Positions 1 through 9,816 of a stretch of DNA of 64,000 nucleotides are shown here, piece by piece (the first letter of the stretch is position 1; each line of letters starts with the position of its first letter). Source of the stretch: Nitrososphaeria archaeon (GTDB lineage Archaea; Thermoproteota; Nitrososphaeria; Nitrososphaerales; JAAOZN01). The notes beneath the pieces are model-generated. The model saw only the letters and a program-made list of their open reading frames with translations. It did not search any database and was not told the origin of the DNA. Both the position numbers and the translations under genes were made by a program. Where the stretch lies: positions 160,001 to 224,000 of the forward strand of contig JARVJZ010000001.1 in assembly GCA_029775855.1 (NCBI GenBank), written 5' to 3'.

Positions 1-106
1 CAGAATTATCACCTAACTCTACATCGCCTAAGATTCTAGCGGTAGGGTCTACATAAACATCTTTACCTAACCTAGGCTTTTTACCATTAAACTCTACCAG
101 AACCAA
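1..106 (-). CDS. gamma-carbonic anhydrase/hexapeptide-repeat family protein, 5' part (runs off window start)
   Basis: Manual translation from TTG at 106: MVLVEFNGKKPRLGKDVYVDPTARILGDVELGDNS, the typical gamma-CA/PaaY N-terminus; not in the ORF track. Confidence 0.8.
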   Translation of the reverse strand, partial: MVLVEFNGKKPRLGKDVYVDPTARILGDVELGDNS

Positions 107-147
107 TAAGCGTTACACGCTAAAAGACTCTATTAAACCTTTTGACT

Positions 148-621
148 CTAGCCTATCTTCTTCAATTCATCTAGAATTCTATCATAGTTAGGTTCAACAC
201 GAGGGTCTTCAGAAACCCAGCTATATCTCACCACACCTTTACCATCTAATATAAAAACAGCCCTCTTCGAAGCGGAGTAGCCTTTAAGTCCAGCAAAATC
301 TCTATGAACTATATCGTAGCTTTCAATCACCTTACGTTCGTAATCGCTTAAAAGGGTAAAGTTAAGCATATTCTTCTCAGCAAACCCCTTTAAAGTAAAA
401 GGGTCGTTGACACTTATACCCAATACCACTGCATCAAGCTTATTGAAGTTAGCCATTGAATCCCTAAAGCTGCACATTTCTTTGGTGCAGACTGAAGTAA
501 ATGCGCCTGGGAAGAAAGCTAGCACAACTTTCTTACCTCTAAAGTCTTTTAAACTAACAGGCTTCAAGTCTTGATTCATTAATGTGAAGTCTAATGCTTC
601 TTCACCTACTTTTGGGGGCAT
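148..621 (-). CDS. peroxiredoxin (BCP/PrxQ type)
   Basis: FFPGAFTSVCTKEMC motif (PxxxTxxC plus CxxxxC), AhpC-TSA fold. Confidence 0.9.
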   Translation of the reverse strand: MPPKVGEEALDFTLMNQDLKPVSLKDFRGKKVVLAFFPGAFTSVCTKEMCSFRDSMANFNKLDAVVLGISVNDPFTLKGFAEKNMLNFTLLSDYERKVIESYDIVHRDFAGLKGYSASKRAVFILDGKGVVRYSWVSEDPRVEPNYDRILDELKKIG

Positions 622-721
622 ATCACTATAAATTATGTAAAGGGAACTTTTAAAGATTTATTAGCTGACCTACGCCTTAAACGCTTATTTAGCTAGATTT
701 AGAGTAGCTGTCTGACGCAGA

Positions 722-1102
722 TTGCCTGCCTTTAAACTAGTGATTTCCGACCCTAAATCTGGTAAGTCTATAAGCCGTGAACTTAAAGATCAGCTTGCTC
801 AACCCCTTTTAGGGCTAAAGATAGGAGATATATTTGATGCCGAAGTTATTGGAATTCCGGGTAAGATTAAGATAACAGGTGGAAGCGATAAGGCTGGTTT
901 TCCTATGCGGGCAGATGTTTTAGGTGGCGTGAAAAAATACGCTCTTATATCGAAAGGGACAGGCTTAAGAAAGGTCAGTAAAGGAGAGAGAAGACGTAAG
1001 CTGGTTAGAGGCAACACAATAACCGATGAAATCTATCAAATCAACGCTGTGCTAGTTGAAGGCAAGTTAGTTAAAGAAGAGGTTCAGCAACAAGCCAGCT
1101 AA
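722..1102 (+). CDS. rps6e: 30S ribosomal protein S6e
   Basis: FKLVISDP, ITGGSDKAGFPMR, RRKLVRGN motifs; TTG start. Confidence 0.97.
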   Translation: MPAFKLVISDPKSGKSISRELKDQLAQPLLGLKIGDIFDAEVIGIPGKIKITGGSDKAGFPMRADVLGGVKKYALISKGTGLRKVSKGERRRKLVRGNTITDEIYQINAVLVEGKLVKEEVQQQAS

Positions 1103-1148
1103 GCATACAATATATTTAATACCATAACCTAACCACCACACTGAGAAG

Positions 1149-2381
1149 ATGTCGGCTAGAGAGCGTCTAATACCTAGACAACCAGAAGTAAATATAGGCA
1201 CCGCAGGACACGTAGATCACGGCAAAACCACACTTGTAGAAGCAATAACAGGCATATGGACAAGTGCACATAGCGAGGAACTAAAGCGTGGTATAACGAT
1301 AAGAGTAGGCTATGCTGACGCTGCTTTCTATAAATGTCCAAACTGCCCTAGTCCTGACCGATACTCTCCTTATCCGAGGTGTCCTAACTGCGGCTCTGAA
1401 ACGACCCTTTTAAGAGTTGTGAGCTTTGTGGACTGCCCAGGACACGAGAGCTTGATGGCTAACATGCTTTCAGGCGCTGCGGTTATGGATGGGGCTATAC
1501 TTGTTATAGCCGCTAATGAGCAGGTACCCCAACCGCAGACTAGAGAGCATCTGCTAGCTTTGGAGATGCTAGGCATGAGGCATATAGTAATAGTTCAGAA
1601 TAAGGTAGAGTTGATTGATGACCAGAAGGCGCTTGAATCATACCACGCCATCAAGAGGTTTACTGCTGGTACTGTAGCTGAGAACGCAGCTATTATACCG
1701 ATTTCAGCGCAAAATCGGATAAATATCGATGCAGTAATAGAAGCTATCGAAACACATATACCCACACCTAAACGCGAGACACAAGCTCCACCATTTATGC
1801 AGATTTTACGCTCATTCGACGTAAATAAACCTGGAATTAAAGTGCAGGACCTTAAAGGTGGGGTCGTTGGAGGCACACTGCTCCGAGGAGAGCTAAAAGT
1901 TGGTGATGATATAGAGATAAGACCAGGGTTAATAGAAGAAAAAGCCAAACCCCTGTTTACAAAGATTAAAAGTCTTGGTACAAGCGCAGGTCTTGTAGAC
2001 AGTGTGAGGCCTGGGGGGTTAATTGCTATAGGTACGTCTTTAGATCCTGTGTTGACAAAGTCTGATTCACTTCTCGGCTGTGTTGTAGGTCATCCTAATA
2101 CGCTTCCACCAATTCTAGATTCTTTAACCATGTATGTTCAGCTCTTTGAGACCGCTGTAGGTTCGCCAGAGTTGGTTAAAGTCGAGAAGATAAGGAGCGG
2201 TGAGGTTCTAAGGCTTAATATAGGCACAGCCGTCACCTTAGGCAACGTCTCAGCATCCAAAGAAAATGCCGTTGAGGTTAATCTCAGACGCCCAGTCTGT
2301 GCTGATAAGGGTGCAAAAGTCGCTATTTCTAGGCGAATCGGTGACCGTTGGCGCCTTATAGGCGCTGGCACAATTACTTGA
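1149..2381 (+). CDS. eif2g: translation initiation factor aIF2 gamma subunit
   Basis: GHVDHGKT, RGITI, Zn-knuckle CPNC..CPNC, DCPGH, NKVE; conserved S6e-aIF2g-PIN-rpoE order. Confidence 0.98.
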   Translation: MSARERLIPRQPEVNIGTAGHVDHGKTTLVEAITGIWTSAHSEELKRGITIRVGYADAAFYKCPNCPSPDRYSPYPRCPNCGSETTLLRVVSFVDCPGHESLMANMLSGAAVMDGAILVIAANEQVPQPQTREHLLALEMLGMRHIVIVQNKVELIDDQKALESYHAIKRFTAGTVAENAAIIPISAQNRINIDAVIEAIETHIPTPKRETQAPPFMQILRSFDVNKPGIKVQDLKGGVVGGTLLRGELKVGDDIEIRPGLIEEKAKPLFTKIKSLGTSAGLVDSVRPGGLIAIGTSLDPVLTKSDSLLGCVVGHPNTLPPILDSLTMYVQLFETAVGSPELVKVEKIRSGEVLRLNIGTAVTLGNVSASKENAVEVNLRRPVCADKGAKVAISRRIGDRWRLIGAGTIT

Positions 2382-2391
2382 GGTTCCAGCT

Positions 2392-2766
2392 TTGGAGGTA
2401 GTCTTAGATTCAAGTTTTCTTTTAGAGTGGGTTTCGCGCCCCATCAAAAGAATTGAAGAGTTAGAACTAAAGTTGGGAAAAGTTGAGTTTGTTGTATTAG
2501 ATGCTACAATAAAAGAACTAGAGAAACTCGCATCTGCAACTGGGGTAAAGGCTAAAAAAGCTTCAGCAGCGCTAGAATACGTCAAGAATCTTAAGAGAGT
2601 AAATGTAGTCAACATAAACTCAGATACTGACTTAACAATCTCTAGATACGCTGCGAAACACGGATCCGCTGTCGCAACCTTAGATCAAGAACTACGGAGA
2701 AGATTAAAAGAAACAGGTGTGACAGTCCTCACTTTACGAGATGATAACTTATGGATAGACAGGTGA
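2392..2766 (+). CDS. PIN-domain ribonuclease (Fcf1/Utp24-like)
   Basis: VVLDSSFL ... VATLDQELRRRL; conserved position after aIF2g. Confidence 0.88.
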   Translation: MEVVLDSSFLLEWVSRPIKRIEELELKLGKVEFVVLDATIKELEKLASATGVKAKKASAALEYVKNLKRVNVVNINSDTDLTISRYAAKHGSAVATLDQELRRRLKETGVTVLTLRDDNLWIDR

Positions 2767-2826
2767 CCGAAACCTTCTTAATCTAAATCTTTGCAGCAAC
2801 CTAAAGGCTACTGAGGGGGTATTAAA

Positions 2827-3432
2827 TTGTTTTACATAGTCGAGTTGAGGGATGTTATAAGGGTGCCTCCGTCAAAGTTTGGCACGCCGTTAAAGAATGT
2901 AGCATATGAGACGTTAAAGACAAAATATGAAAGTAGCATAAGCCCAGAATACGGCTACCTTATCTACATAATAGATTTAGATGTCGATAAAGTTGGAAAG
3001 ATAATACCTGGTGATGGTGCAACTTATCACCATGTCGTCTTTAGAGCTCTTACATTTTTACCAAAGCTACAAGAGATTGTAGAAGGTGAAGTTGTAGAGG
3101 TCACCGACTTCGGTGCGTTTATAAGAATAGGACCCGCAGATGCGCTTCTACACCTCTCACAGATAATAGACGACTATCTAACTTGTGATATAAAACAAGG
3201 CGTCATAATTGCAACTCAGTCAAAGAGGACGCTTCCAGTAGGTTCTAAAGTTAGGGTTAGAATTATAGCGGTGAGCTTGGGGCGTGGCGCAGCAGCTGGA
3301 AAGATAGGTGTAACATGCAGGCAACCATTCTTAGGTGCTTTAGAGTGGATTGAAGAAGACCTGAAAAAAGTTGAATCTAAGCCTGAAGTAAAGCAAGCTG
3401 AGAAAAAGGAGAAGCGAACAGAGCATGGTTAA
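2827..3432 (+). CDS. rpo7: DNA-directed RNA polymerase subunit Rpo7 (RpoE')
   Basis: IIPGDGA, S1 domain GEVVEVTDFGAFIRIGP, RQPFLG. Confidence 0.97.
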   Translation: MFYIVELRDVIRVPPSKFGTPLKNVAYETLKTKYESSISPEYGYLIYIIDLDVDKVGKIIPGDGATYHHVVFRALTFLPKLQEIVEGEVVEVTDFGAFIRIGPADALLHLSQIIDDYLTCDIKQGVIIATQSKRTLPVGSKVRVRIIAVSLGRGAAAGKIGVTCRQPFLGALEWIEEDLKKVESKPEVKQAEKKEKRTEHG

Positions 3433-3613
3433 AGAATATGCGTGTAGACAGTGTAAAACGTTGACAACCGGCAAAGTCTGCCCGAATTGCCATTCAACAG
3501 ACTTGACTTCAGAATGGTTCGGTTTAGTTATAATACTCGATACCGAACATTCACAAGTCGCGAAGGTGCTGGATATAAAAGTTCCAGGTAGATACGCTCT
3601 TAAAGTAACCTAA
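3425..3613 (+). CDS. spt4: transcription elongation factor Spt4 (RpoE'')
   Basis: ACRQC..CPNC Zn ribbon, PGRYALKV C-terminus. Confidence 0.96.
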   Translation: MVKEYACRQCKTLTTGKVCPNCHSTDLTSEWFGLVIILDTEHSQVAKVLDIKVPGRYALKVT

Positions 3614-3631
3614 CTTTAGAAAGTATCAGCT

Positions 3632-4174
3632 TTGAATAGCAAATCCGCAATTTATCATCTTCCAGAAAGACTAAGAGTAGAACTTAAGAAGCCTTGGGGA
3701 CAGCTTATACCTAACGCCAAAATTTCTAAGCAGAAATTATTAGAAGTAGCCACTAAGAGCAAGCTCAGGGTTGCTGTAGGCGATGCTACATCAGAGAATC
3801 TCAGCAATTTAACCATTCACCCAGATATATATGTAGTTGATGGTAAAGAAAAAAGAATTCATAGGCAGCCTCCCAAACTAGAGGCTAAGAACATACTTAG
3901 GGTAGAAAACCCCGCTGGCTGCATAACTGGAGAAGCAATAGAAGCAGTCTTAAAGGCAATCACGCTAGAGAAGCCTGTGGGAATACTCGTTGAAGGTGAA
4001 GAGGATCTGCTGGCGCTTGTATTCTTCGCTACATACCCAGATGGGACAACCTTGTTCTATGGGCAGCCTAATGAAGGGATGGTTATAGCTAAAGTGGAGA
4101 CCTGCAGAGAGAAGGCGGCGTGTCTACTTAAATTGATGGGTGTGCCTAGCTCTTATCTAAGCATGGTGCTCTGA
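3632..4174 (+). CDS. GTP-dependent dephospho-CoA kinase (DUF359)
   Basis: VGDAT, VDGKEKR, VENPAG, VEGEEDL, YGQPNEG motifs. Confidence 0.92.
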   Translation: MNSKSAIYHLPERLRVELKKPWGQLIPNAKISKQKLLEVATKSKLRVAVGDATSENLSNLTIHPDIYVVDGKEKRIHRQPPKLEAKNILRVENPAGCITGEAIEAVLKAITLEKPVGILVEGEEDLLALVFFATYPDGTTLFYGQPNEGMVIAKVETCREKAACLLKLMGVPSSYLSMVL

Positions 4175-4221
4175 CCCATTTTCTTAAATATGGATGGTTT
4201 AATCCCTTACACCGATGGGCT

Positions 4222-4551
4222 TTGGCGTTCGAAGTCATTGAGGATAAGGAGAATCTGCTGCTTAATCGCAGAGAAGTGGTTTGTATCTTCCCTCGAAGCG
4301 CTGGTAAAATAACTCGCGCAGACGCCGTAAAGGCTATAGCTCAAAAGCTTAATCTCCCAGAGGAAAAGATTATACCGATAAACATTAAAAGTTCTCAAGG
4401 AGTTACTGATACCAAAGTGACCTTCTATATCTATAAAGACCTTGAGGATGCTAGAAGGCAACTACCTAAATACATTATGCTACGGTTACTACCAAAAGAA
4501 GAACGTAAGAAGATTATGGAGCAGAAGAGAAAAGCTGAGGTAAAGAAGTAG
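4222..4551 (+). CDS. rps24e: 30S ribosomal protein S24e
   Basis: ENLLLNRREV N-terminus; position before S27ae. Confidence 0.9.
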   Translation: MAFEVIEDKENLLLNRREVVCIFPRSAGKITRADAVKAIAQKLNLPEEKIIPINIKSSQGVTDTKVTFYIYKDLEDARRQLPKYIMLRLLPKEERKKIMEQKRKAEVKK

Positions 4552-4561
4552 GTGAAACAAT

Positions 4562-4759
4562 TTGTCTGAATCTGTAAAAGCAGTAAAAAAGAAGGTAAGT
4601 CCGAAGATCTGGCAGTTCTACAAAATTGAGAGTGGAAAGATCATAAAGATAAAAAAAGAATGCCCAAGGTGTGGAAAAGGCTACTTCCTAGCTGAGCATA
4701 AAGACAGATACACCTGCGGTAAATGCGGATATACTCAGTATAAGAAAAAGGAGCATTAG
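4562..4759 (+). CDS. rps27ae: 30S ribosomal protein S27ae
   Basis: [24 protein letters not shown]. Confidence 0.97.
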   Translation: MSESVKAVKKKVSPKIWQFYKIESGKIIKIKKECPRCGKGYFLAEHKDRYTCGKCGYTQYKKKEH

Positions 4760-4763
4760 ACAG

Positions 4764-6413
4764 TTAAACACTAACTAGCATACCTCGAATAACCTTAACT
4801 ACATTTGGTAGAATTAAAGGCTGGAATGGTTTAAGATACTTTGAAGATGCGGCACCAATTAATGCCCTTTTATCTCCTACACTAAGGTAGCCTTCCTTAA
4901 AAACGTCAATAAACTCTTGAATTCTTTTTGAAAAAGGTGTCAGTTTAACTGCATAGTAGATAAACTCAGCTATATCCCAGCTCGGATCACCACCTTCCAT
5001 AGCCTGCTCAAGGTCTGTTAGATATAGCTTTGAGTTATAGTATAAAGTATTGCTAGGCTTCGTGTCTCCGACCGTATATCCTTTGCTATGTAATTCAGCT
5101 AAAGTTTTCCCATACAATCTGACAGCTTCTAGATCATCACTTTCACCATTCAAATAATCTGTAATGATTTCTCCGAGGTTCTTGCCTTGGAGAAACTCTG
5201 TAACTAAGATTCTATCCGAAAGGTAAAGTATCAGTATGTGTGGTGTGTTAAATCCTATTTCTCTAAACTTAAGTATGGCTGAGTATTCATATGCAAGTCT
5301 AGCGTCTGGATTCTGTTCAAACCTTCTTGTAGGTAAAGCCCAGACGTTAAGAAGTGTCCACTTGAAGGCTGAGATATTCTTAAAACGTTTTACAACCGCC
5401 TTAAAATTTTTTGTCTCATCTGAGATCTCTAATAGTTGTGTTATGCTATAAAATTCACCTAACCCCTTAAACTTGGTTTGTGCCGACTGGCCAAAGCCAA
5501 AGTATTGCACAGCATCATTTACCCAATCATCACATTCAACCACAAGCCTACCTTCGCTTATGGTAAACGCATTTGTAGGATGCTTTAAAAGACCCGGCGC
5601 TTCGCCTGTGGAGCGGCTTCGGCTTATCTTAGAAAAGAGTTCTTTCCCAATGACGTCTAACCCAACTCTTCCAGCATAGCTGTGGATAGCGTATTGTGTT
5701 ACCCCCCTTGAAGCATAGGTTAGGATCGATAGTATCTTAGCCATTTGATGCACTCTTATACCTGAACGTTTGATCTTGGCTTTGCCGTCGATTAGTGAGA
5801 TTAACCCATCACTTTCTAGTTGTTGAAGGGCTTCTTTGAAGCCTCTTAATGTGACTTCTAGGTTCCTTACTCCATTTGGTCCGCTGTATGTTTTAACATA
5901 ACTGTATAGGGCTGGTGGGTATATGGCTGCTCTCTTCTTCAACTTATCAAATAAGAAGTATTCTGGTCCTATTAGGAGTATAGTGGAAAGTTCGCCATAG
6001 GTGGATGCAAGACCTTTAAGCGCCTCAAGTATAACCCTCTTCTTATATGATACTTCAACTTGTCTAAGATATTGTGCACCATAAATCGGTTCATATATGT
6101 TGAGCAGCCTTCCAACCACGAATTCACCTAATTTTGCTTTCTCTGCATCGTCTTTGAGGGCTTTAGCATCTACAAGCAGAGCTGAAACTGACACTTCGTT
6201 TTGTAGATATTTATATCTGACAAGAGGGGGGTATTCCTCAATCGCTATCATTACGTCATAGTCGCTGTCTGCTTTCGCGTAACCAGCCACTCTAGACCCA
6301 TAAAGGCATATTCCAGCTATTGACTTCTTCTCTATTATGGGTGAAATAACCTTCTTTACAGCTTCCACTTCATCCACACTGATATACTTAGGTTCTTCCT
6401 CGAAGTCTATCAT
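4764..6413 (-). CDS. Pol-beta-type nucleotidyltransferase fused to a Bud32/RIO/Kdo-like kinase domain
   Basis: N-terminal LYGSRVAGYAKADSDYDV (GS..DxD); C-terminal VVKRF, LHSKGYTVGDTKPSN, TDLEQA, WDIAEF kinase motifs. Confidence 0.8.
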   Translation of the reverse strand: MIDFEEEPKYISVDEVEAVKKVISPIIEKKSIAGICLYGSRVAGYAKADSDYDVMIAIEEYPPLVRYKYLQNEVSVSALLVDAKALKDDAEKAKLGEFVVGRLLNIYEPIYGAQYLRQVEVSYKKRVILEALKGLASTYGELSTILLIGPEYFLFDKLKKRAAIYPPALYSYVKTYSGPNGVRNLEVTLRGFKEALQQLESDGLISLIDGKAKIKRSGIRVHQMAKILSILTYASRGVTQYAIHSYAGRVGLDVIGKELFSKISRSRSTGEAPGLLKHPTNAFTISEGRLVVECDDWVNDAVQYFGFGQSAQTKFKGLGEFYSITQLLEISDETKNFKAVVKRFKNISAFKWTLLNVWALPTRRFEQNPDARLAYEYSAILKFREIGFNTPHILILYLSDRILVTEFLQGKNLGEIITDYLNGESDDLEAVRLYGKTLAELHSKGYTVGDTKPSNTLYYNSKLYLTDLEQAMEGGDPSWDIAEFIYYAVKLTPFSKRIQEFIDVFKEGYLSVGDKRALIGAASSKYLKPFQPLILPNVVKVIRGMLVSV

Positions 6414-7099
6414 TTATTAACACGCTCTATCTCCTTCAACCTAGTAAGAAGCATCTGATCAAACTTTAGGTTAAAAACCGACTGAATAGAAATCTTCATA
6501 ACATTGCTGTCAGGTGTTAACCTGATGGTTGGTAGCCCCTTCGCAAGCCAATGCTTTAACACATTCTTATGTAGGCGCTCATCCACCAAACCGTTGCTGA
6601 ATTTCCTCTTTAAAAGACGTTTTAGAGATTTATCTTTATATATTTTCTCAAGTTGTGAAAAGCCGCTCGTATCCAAATGAACCGCCTCAAACATACTGGA
6701 TGTGAGTTCTGCTGAGAGCAGTTCTCTGCTGGTGAACTGTTTTACTAGCGATGCATAATGTAAAAACTCATGCGCTAAAACTGCGTGCAACGTGGCTTTA
6801 GAGCCATAGGCTATAAGAGCCGCTGTAATCTGAACAACGATCTCTAATGAACCTTCTACTTCAATAGGTATTGTTCTGGCATACATTACGCCTATCTGTG
6901 AAGGTTCAAGCTCACTTGACACTATGGGAAGGAAGGGTTCAACATAGTAAGTTGGATACTTTAGCTCGGCAGCTTTTTCAACTCTCTGGATACCTTCATC
7001 AAGATACTTCAATCTAGAGCGAATTTTCCTCATCACACTTTTTGGAATCTTATCTTGAATCTCAGGTTGCTCCAGCTTAAATAGAGGCTCTAACGCCAC
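6410..7099 (-). CDS. conserved hypothetical protein with HExxH (zincin-like) motif
   Basis: AVLAHEFLHY; stop overlaps the start of the NTase-kinase gene (ATGA). Confidence 0.65.
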   Translation of the reverse strand: MALEPLFKLEQPEIQDKIPKSVMRKIRSRLKYLDEGIQRVEKAAELKYPTYYVEPFLPIVSSELEPSQIGVMYARTIPIEVEGSLEIVVQITAALIAYGSKATLHAVLAHEFLHYASLVKQFTSRELLSAELTSSMFEAVHLDTSGFSQLEKIYKDKSLKRLLKRKFSNGLVDERLHKNVLKHWLAKGLPTIRLTPDSNVMKISIQSVFNLKFDQMLLTRLKEIERVNK

Positions 7100-7179
7100 C
7101 CTGCACCACTACCCACATCATTCAAAACTCATTTACTTAAGGTTATAAGTAAAGACTGCAATAAGGTATATAGAAGCTT

Positions 7180-8049
7180 ATGACGCATGAACACAAAGTT
7201 AAACAATTGAAAGAATTAAGCGAAATAACTTCAGAACTTAACCCAGAACTCAAATCGAAAGCAGAAGCGCTATACAAATGGTTCAAAGAGAAGAAAAGCG
7301 TGATAGTCGCTCTCTCAGGAGGAGTAGACAGCTCTGTAGTAGCAGCTTTTGCAAAACTAGCGTTAAACAATAGAGCAACTGCTGTCACATGTATCTCACC
7401 GACACTAGCTCCATTAGAGCTTGAAGATGCTAAGAAAGTAGCCAGTTTTATTGGTATAAGGCATATCTTGCTCAACTACAGCGAAGAAGCAAACCAGAAA
7501 GTAGCAGATAATCCTCCTGAACGATGCTACTATTGCAGAAGCGAACTTGCGAACCTACTTAAACAGATCCGTAAAGAAGACAACGAAGCCACAATGGTAG
7601 ACGGAGGAGTATTGGACGACTTGAACCAAAGGAGACCTGGGGTAAGAGCGTTAAGAGAAAATGGGGTTCGAAGCCCGCTACAAGAAGTAGGTTTAACAAA
7701 ACAAGAGGTAAGACAGATAGCAAAAGCAGCCGGACTGCCTAACCACGATAAACCATCTAACGCTTGTCTTGCATCACGCTTCCCCTATGGTCAGAGGATA
7801 ACTGCAGTAGAAGCGCAGAAAGTAGCTGAAGCAGAAGCTTTGATTAAGAAGATGACTAATGCCAAACAAGTAAGGGTTAGAGTGCACGGAGACTTGGCGA
7901 GAATAGAAGTTGGTAAAGATGAGCGTAAACTCTTCTTCGATGAAGTCCTAATGGATAAAATATACTCTAGCCTTAAAACACTTGGCTACACATTTGTCAC
8001 ACTCGACTTATTTGGGTATAGAAGTGGGAGTTTAGATGAAGCACTTTAG
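7180..8049 (+). CDS. larE: LarE-family ATP-dependent sulfur transferase (PP-loop)
   Basis: ALSGGVDSS, RCYYC, RPG, SPL, KPSNACLASRFPYG, VRVRVHGDLARIEV, GYRSGS. Confidence 0.9.
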   Translation: MTHEHKVKQLKELSEITSELNPELKSKAEALYKWFKEKKSVIVALSGGVDSSVVAAFAKLALNNRATAVTCISPTLAPLELEDAKKVASFIGIRHILLNYSEEANQKVADNPPERCYYCRSELANLLKQIRKEDNEATMVDGGVLDDLNQRRPGVRALRENGVRSPLQEVGLTKQEVRQIAKAAGLPNHDKPSNACLASRFPYGQRITAVEAQKVAEAEALIKKMTNAKQVRVRVHGDLARIEVGKDERKLFFDEVLMDKIYSSLKTLGYTFVTLDLFGYRSGSLDEAL

Positions 8050-8094
8050 GATATACCCTACCGATCATCCTCCAGAGCCTTGCACCTTTTTATG

Positions 8095-8553
8095 TTAGGT
8101 GGGTAAGGTGTATACTGGTTCTCTGCTTCTGCTACTCATCTCAACGAATGTCTCTGTATGTGTTATGCCCTCGATCGCCGCAAATTTGTTTGAGATGAGG
8201 TTATGGAGTTCATCTAAGTTTCGAGTCTTAACGAAGATTAGCAAGTCGAATCTACCTGTAACTTCGTGAACCGTTCTTACTTGGTCAAGTTCAAGCAGCT
8301 GCTCCATAACATTGCTTCTATATTTTGAGTCAACATTGGCCCCAACAATAGCGTCCACATTATATCCTAGTAACTCCTCGTTTACAATTACTGTAAACTT
8401 CTTTATCAACCCTCTCTTAACCAGACGCTTTATTCGACTGTAGACTACAGAAGGATTTACATTGATCTTCTTGCTTAGCTTAGGGACGGATAGACTGGCG
8501 TCTGAAACAAGTTCTTTAAGGATCTTCATATCAATATCGTCGATTTTACCCAT
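8095..8553 (-). CDS. Lrp/AsnC family transcriptional regulator
   Basis: IDDIDMKILKEL wHTH; EVTGRFDL RAM domain. Confidence 0.93.
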   Translation of the reverse strand: MGKIDDIDMKILKELVSDASLSVPKLSKKINVNPSVVYSRIKRLVKRGLIKKFTVIVNEELLGYNVDAIVGANVDSKYRSNVMEQLLELDQVRTVHEVTGRFDLLIFVKTRNLDELHNLISNKFAAIEGITHTETFVEMSSRSREPVYTLPT

Positions 8554-8612
8554 TTATCATCTTCCCCACCTATTACTTGCAGAACAACTAGTTAATAAAC
8601 TTAAATATTATA

Positions 8613-8638
8613 GGTTAGTGTATCAAAAATCACTAACC
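8613..8638. promoter_or_regulatory. inverted repeat GGTTAGTG-N10-CACTAACC between asd 3' end and the Lrp promoter
   Basis: Perfect 8-bp arms at 8613-8620 and 8631-8638, just upstream of the AT-rich TATA-like tract of the Lrp gene. Confidence 0.5.
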
Positions 8639-8647
8639 ATTAAATGC

Positions 8648-9733
8648 TTAAGTTAGGAAACCCTTTACCTCTAATAGCTCACCTACAAGAACAGCACCTT
8701 TGGCAGCACCCATCTTTGTGTTATGAGACACCAGCACATACTTTACACCATTTTCAAGCGCATCGTCAAGCCTAATCCTACCAACAGTAGTAGCCATACC
8801 ATCCTCTCTGTTGCGATCAAGCCTAGGCTGTGGTCTAAAAGGGTCGTCCAAGACATAAATCATCCTAGTTGGTGCAGATGGGAGACCAAGTTCCTTAAGT
8901 TCTTTACCAGCATCGCTCATCGCCTCTTTAACAGCCTCTACTGTCAAGGTTTTCTTTGCGGATACAAAAACAGACTCCGTATGCCCATCTTTAACATTCA
9001 CACGCGTGCAGGTACAGCTGACCTTAAATGGAGCGATTTCAATTCCCTTAGATCCGAGCTTACCAAGTATCTTAAGAGTTTCAGTCTGAACCTTCTCCTC
9101 CTCCTTCGGTATATATGGTATGACGTTGTCAAGTATGTCAAGGGCTAAGACCCCTGGGCTTCTACCTGCGCCGGAAACGGCTTGCATAGAAGTCATTAGG
9201 ACGCGGTTTATGCCAAATCTATCGTAGATTGGTTTAAGTGTGATAACAAGTCCAGTAGTTGTGCAGTTTGGAATAGGTGTGATAAACCCATTCCAACCTC
9301 TGCTCTCTTTTTGCCTAGATAGAAGTTCAACGTGCTCATTGTTAACACCTGGCACTATGATAGGTACATCAGGCTCATATCTGAAGGCTGAGGCTGTGCT
9401 TATAACGGGTTTCTTTTTAGCGTACTTTGGCTCGAGAAGAAGAGCTTGGTCAGATTCTAAGGCTGTGAAGACCAAGTCGCAGTCATCAACATTTAGGGTA
9501 GCCGCGTCTTCAACCTTCATCCTTAAAACCTCAGGATCGGGTTCTTCGTCGCAGAACCAAGCTAAGGCTCCGTTCTCTCGTCTAAGAGCCTCTTCATATG
9601 TTTTGCCAGCTGATCTCTGTGAAGCAGCAAGCTTGGCTATCTTGAACCAAGGATGCTTTTGAAGAGCTACCACAAACTGCTGACCTACTACACCTGTCGC
9701 ACCCACTATAGCTACTGAACGCATGCCAACCAC
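8648..9733 (-). CDS. asd: aspartate-semialdehyde dehydrogenase
   Basis: GATGVVGQ, PNCTT, MQAVSGAG, RVNVKDGHTE, HNTKMGAA. Confidence 0.97.
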   Translation of the reverse strand: MVGMRSVAIVGATGVVGQQFVVALQKHPWFKIAKLAASQRSAGKTYEEALRRENGALAWFCDEEPDPEVLRMKVEDAATLNVDDCDLVFTALESDQALLLEPKYAKKKPVISTASAFRYEPDVPIIVPGVNNEHVELLSRQKESRGWNGFITPIPNCTTTGLVITLKPIYDRFGINRVLMTSMQAVSGAGRSPGVLALDILDNVIPYIPKEEEKVQTETLKILGKLGSKGIEIAPFKVSCTCTRVNVKDGHTESVFVSAKKTLTVEAVKEAMSDAGKELKELGLPSAPTRMIYVLDDPFRPQPRLDRNREDGMATTVGRIRLDDALENGVKYVLVSHNTKMGAAKGAVLVGELLEVKGFLT

Positions 9734-9816
9734 CCTTCCACACAGACCAAATTATCTTTTTTGTAGCTATTTCAAGCAAAACGTAAAAATAAGTGGACTT
9801 GACCCTTCATAAACGA

